Source: an uncultured Campylobacterales bacterium
GTDB lineage: Bacteria > Campylobacterota > Campylobacteria > Campylobacterales > Sulfurovaceae
DNA: 29,934 nt
Assembly (NCBI GenBank): GCA_964457825.1
Contig: CAYWGB010000001.1
Location: forward strand, 1 to 29,934
Direction: 5' to 3'
Shown: one piece after another, positions 27,579-29,934 of the stretch
Layout: every line of letters begins with the position of its first letter
Numbering within the stretch: the stretch's first letter is position 1
The notes under the pieces: model-generated
Told to the model about the DNA's origin: nothing
The model's input: only the letters and a program-made list of their open reading frames with translations
Databases searched by the model: none
Program-made: the position numbers and the translations under genes

Positions 27579-28566
27579 CCCTCTAGATATGCACTTGCAC
27601 CTACGAGACAGCCAGATGCTTCAAACAACAGCTCCCCTGAGTGCTGCAGATTTCAGTGGTGCGATTATCATGCCAAATTTACTGCCACCTGTCACCACCC
27701 AAGATGCACTCCTGGAGTACAAAAATCGCATACGACAAGCCATAGGAGATGAGACTTTCGAGCCCTATATGACACTCTTTTTCTCCACAGATTACACATA
27801 TGAGTCTCTGCAGAGCTTATCAGATGATTTGACAGCCATCAAGCTATATCCAGCAGGTATCACCACCAACAGCGAGGGAGGAGTCAGTGGTTTTGATATC
27901 GACGAACTTCGTCCCACACTCACAGCGATGAGTGAGCTTGGCATACCACTATGTATACATGGCGAAACCAATGGTTTTGTCATGGATAGAGAAGCGGAGT
28001 TTGTGCCTATCTACAAAAAACTTGCCACCGCTTTCCCTGAGCTCACCATCATCATGGAGCATATCACTACCCTACAGAGTGTAGAGGCACTAGATAGACA
28101 TCCCAACCTATACGCCACTATCACACTCCATCATCTACTCATCACGCTAGACGATGTAGCAGGAGGCATGCTAAAACCACACCTATTTTGCAAACCCATA
28201 GCAAAGAGAGCCGAGGATCGTGATGCACTCCTCAAAGTAGCACTTCAGGCTCACCCCAAGGTGATGTTTGGCTCAGACTCTGCCCCTCACCCACAAGAGG
28301 CCAAGGAGTGCCCAGGTTGTGCCGCTGGAGTCTTTACATCTCCCATAGCCTTAGCGGCATTAGCAGAGCTATTTGAACAAAATAATGCTCTAGAGAATCT
28401 GCAAGCTTTTATCAGTGATAATGCACAAAAGATTTATGGTATTACGCCACCGCAAAAAATCATCACGCTAGAAAAGACCCCCATGCAAGTACCTGCTAAA
28501 TACTCGGATATAGTTCCTATGTACGCCTCTCAAGAGCTCACATGGAGCATCACAAATCGTGCATAA
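27559..28566 (+). CDS. pyrC: Dihydroorotase (homodimeric type)
   Basis: [37 protein letters not shown]; AAGGA SD supports ATG 27559. Confidence 0.95.
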   Translation: MKLQLHSPLDMHLHLRDSQMLQTTAPLSAADFSGAIIMPNLLPPVTTQDALLEYKNRIRQAIGDETFEPYMTLFFSTDYTYESLQSLSDDLTAIKLYPAGITTNSEGGVSGFDIDELRPTLTAMSELGIPLCIHGETNGFVMDREAEFVPIYKKLATAFPELTIIMEHITTLQSVEALDRHPNLYATITLHHLLITLDDVAGGMLKPHLFCKPIAKRAEDRDALLKVALQAHPKVMFGSDSAPHPQEAKECPGCAAGVFTSPIALAALAELFEQNNALENLQAFISDNAQKIYGITPPQKIITLEKTPMQVPAKYSDIVPMYASQELTWSITNRA

Positions 28567-29158
28567 TCCTCCATCTTGTTTCGAAACGATTCGTCTGCTA
28601 GATGGAGTCGTACACAATGCCGAGTATCATAACCGCAGACTAAACCAAACCAGAAAAAACCTATACGGTTCTACCACTACCATAGAGATACTAGACTATC
28701 TACCGACCCTCCCCACCGAAGGACTACATAAAATAAAGATAACATATGTTGACACCATCTTGGATATCTCAATCGAGCCATATACTCCCAGAGATATCAC
28801 AGAGTTTATCTGTGTAAATACAGATATGGACTACTCCTATAAATATACCCACAGAGATAAACTCAACCAACTCACCAAAGATCTCAAACCAAACCAAGAG
28901 ATTATCATAATAAAAGATAATCTCATCACAGATACCTCCATAGCAAATATTGCTATATATATAGATAACATATGGCTCACTCCTGCTACTCCATTATTGA
29001 CAGGCACGACAAGAGCCAAACTCATAGATGATCAGTATCTCAAAAAGGCCAATCTAAATATAGATGATCTCAACAGAGCCACTAGCATAGCCTTAATGAA
29101 TGCTATGATAGGATTTCAACAGATAAACATCAAGGAGCCGATATGCCAATGCAGATAA
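28559..29158 (+). CDS. pabC: Class IV aminotransferase, 4-amino-4-deoxychorismate lyase-like
   Basis: [34 protein letters not shown]; GTG start overlapping the pyrC stop. Confidence 0.75.
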   Translation: MHNPPSCFETIRLLDGVVHNAEYHNRRLNQTRKNLYGSTTTIEILDYLPTLPTEGLHKIKITYVDTILDISIEPYTPRDITEFICVNTDMDYSYKYTHRDKLNQLTKDLKPNQEIIIIKDNLITDTSIANIAIYIDNIWLTPATPLLTGTTRAKLIDDQYLKKANLNIDDLNRATSIALMNAMIGFQQINIKEPICQCR

Positions 29159-29613
29159 TCCAGTCAGATAGATACCGAGAGATATCCAGTGAGTACCTCA
29201 GAGATATGCTCATCATGCTCTTGGAAGACGGCATCGAGTTTGCGATAGCCACAGAAGAGCACTTCTTAGAGTTTAATCCTCAGCTACCTGAAAATATCAC
29301 ATCGACATTTAGCGAGATAGTTTTTTTTGAGTTAGCTGGCTATTCATATACTACCATAGAGCTAGTTGATGATCTGTTCTCTTTTGAGGCTGGTTTCGGA
29401 GCAGAGAACTTTGGCTCTACTATCAGCATGCCCATACTCGCTATCAAGCAAATCCTAGTAGACCAAGTCCCCATAGCCAACAACTTCGCCTCTCCGAGCA
29501 TATCAAGCCCGACCAAGCTTACAGTGAAAACAGATGATATAGATACCGAAAAGTCCATGAAAGCCCTGCTCAACAACCCTGAAAACCAAAAACTACTCAA
29601 CAAAGATAGATAA
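29143..29613 (+). CDS. Hypothetical protein with putative SspB-like fold
   Basis: AAGGAG SD upstream (start 29143 or 29149); by-eye alignment with recalled SspB sequences (see findings). Confidence 0.7.
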   Translation: MPMQIIQSDRYREISSEYLRDMLIMLLEDGIEFAIATEEHFLEFNPQLPENITSTFSEIVFFELAGYSYTTIELVDDLFSFEAGFGAENFGSTISMPILAIKQILVDQVPIANNFASPSISSPTKLTVKTDDIDTEKSMKALLNNPENQKLLNKDR

Positions 29614-29771
29614 AACTCAAAAGATAATAGAAAATTAACCACAAAACTTAAAATCAAAGAGCTTTTTCTCTAAAAGTTAGCTATTATAAGCTCTGCTTCT
29701 AGCTCTAAAGCCCCATATATCCTATCTCGCAGGACAATTGTTAATATTTCGTTAATTTATTAACTCTTTTC

Positions 29772-29801
29772 TTGACTTTGGGTTTGTAACTGTAGTATAA
29801 T
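29772..29801 (+). promoter_or_regulatory. Sigma70 promoter TTGACT-N18-TATAAT
   Basis: -35 at 29772-29777, -10 at 29796-29801, AGGAG SD at 29821-29825, ATG 29832. Confidence 0.7.
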
Positions 29802-29831
29802 ACGCTGTAAACAAAAAACAAGGAGTTTAAC

Positions 29832-29934
29832 ATGAAAAAAGGTTTATTGCTATCAATCGTAGCATCAACAGTAGTATTTGCAGGTGGAGATATATATCCA
29901 GTAGAGCCTGTAACAGAAGTACCAGCAGCACCAG
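29832..29934 (+). CDS. 5' fragment of a secreted/outer-membrane protein (GGDI..VEP N-terminus), cut by the window edge
   Basis: MKKGLLLSIVASTVVFA signal peptide followed by GGDIYPVEPVTEVPAAP; strong SD and promoter. Confidence 0.75.
   Translation, partial: MKKGLLLSIVASTVVFAGGDIYPVEPVTEVPAAP

Noticed and set aside
27559-28566. pyrC looks GC-richer (hand counts of 28-35 G+C per 60 nt in five lines vs about 19-22 in some other genes)
   Set aside because: A glcD line gives 31/60 and the pyrC 3' end gives 19/60; this is explained by amino-acid composition and strand bias, not horizontal transfer.
29340-29657. 105-aa minus-strand ORF with hydrophobic N-terminus
   Set aside because: Mostly antisense to the SspB-like gene, TTG start with weak SD; its hydrophobicity follows from the A-rich + strand.
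29614-29831. Largest intergenic gap as a tRNA, sRNA or CRISPR location
   Set aside because: No cloverleaf, repeat-spacer array or terminator-bounded structure visible; largely explained by the promoter region.

Overview
A densely packed, AT-rich chromosomal segment from a Campylobacterota (epsilonproteobacterial) genome. Gene content and the truncated GGDI..VEP-type secreted protein at the right edge suggest a Sulfurovum-like organism (inference). It holds 31 complete CDS plus one 5' fragment, nearly all housekeeping: pabB, yihY, glcD, csd3-like M23, NUDIX, aguBA, alr, Gln-dependent nadE, dsbD, an XerC/D-like recombinase, mutS2, murC, dapC, dacB, malY/patB, secF-secD-yajC, lnt, yidD, pyrC and pabC-like. 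I found no tRNA, rRNA, CRISPR array, IS element, prophage or obvious pseudogene, and no convincing novel multi-gene system. The best leads are single hypothetical proteins and transcript architecture. (1) 29143-29613 aligns by eye with the SspB ClpXP-adaptor fold. (2) Lipoprotein 708-1229 has an apparent Cys-His-Asp transglutaminase/papain-like triad. (3) Two head-to-head gene pairs have only 13 bp (aguA/alr, with a probable leaderless alr mRNA) and 9 bp (yajC/lnt) between start codons. (4) csd3-NUDIX-[aguBA antisense]-alr may be a non-contiguous operon. All family calls are from recalled motifs; no searches were run.
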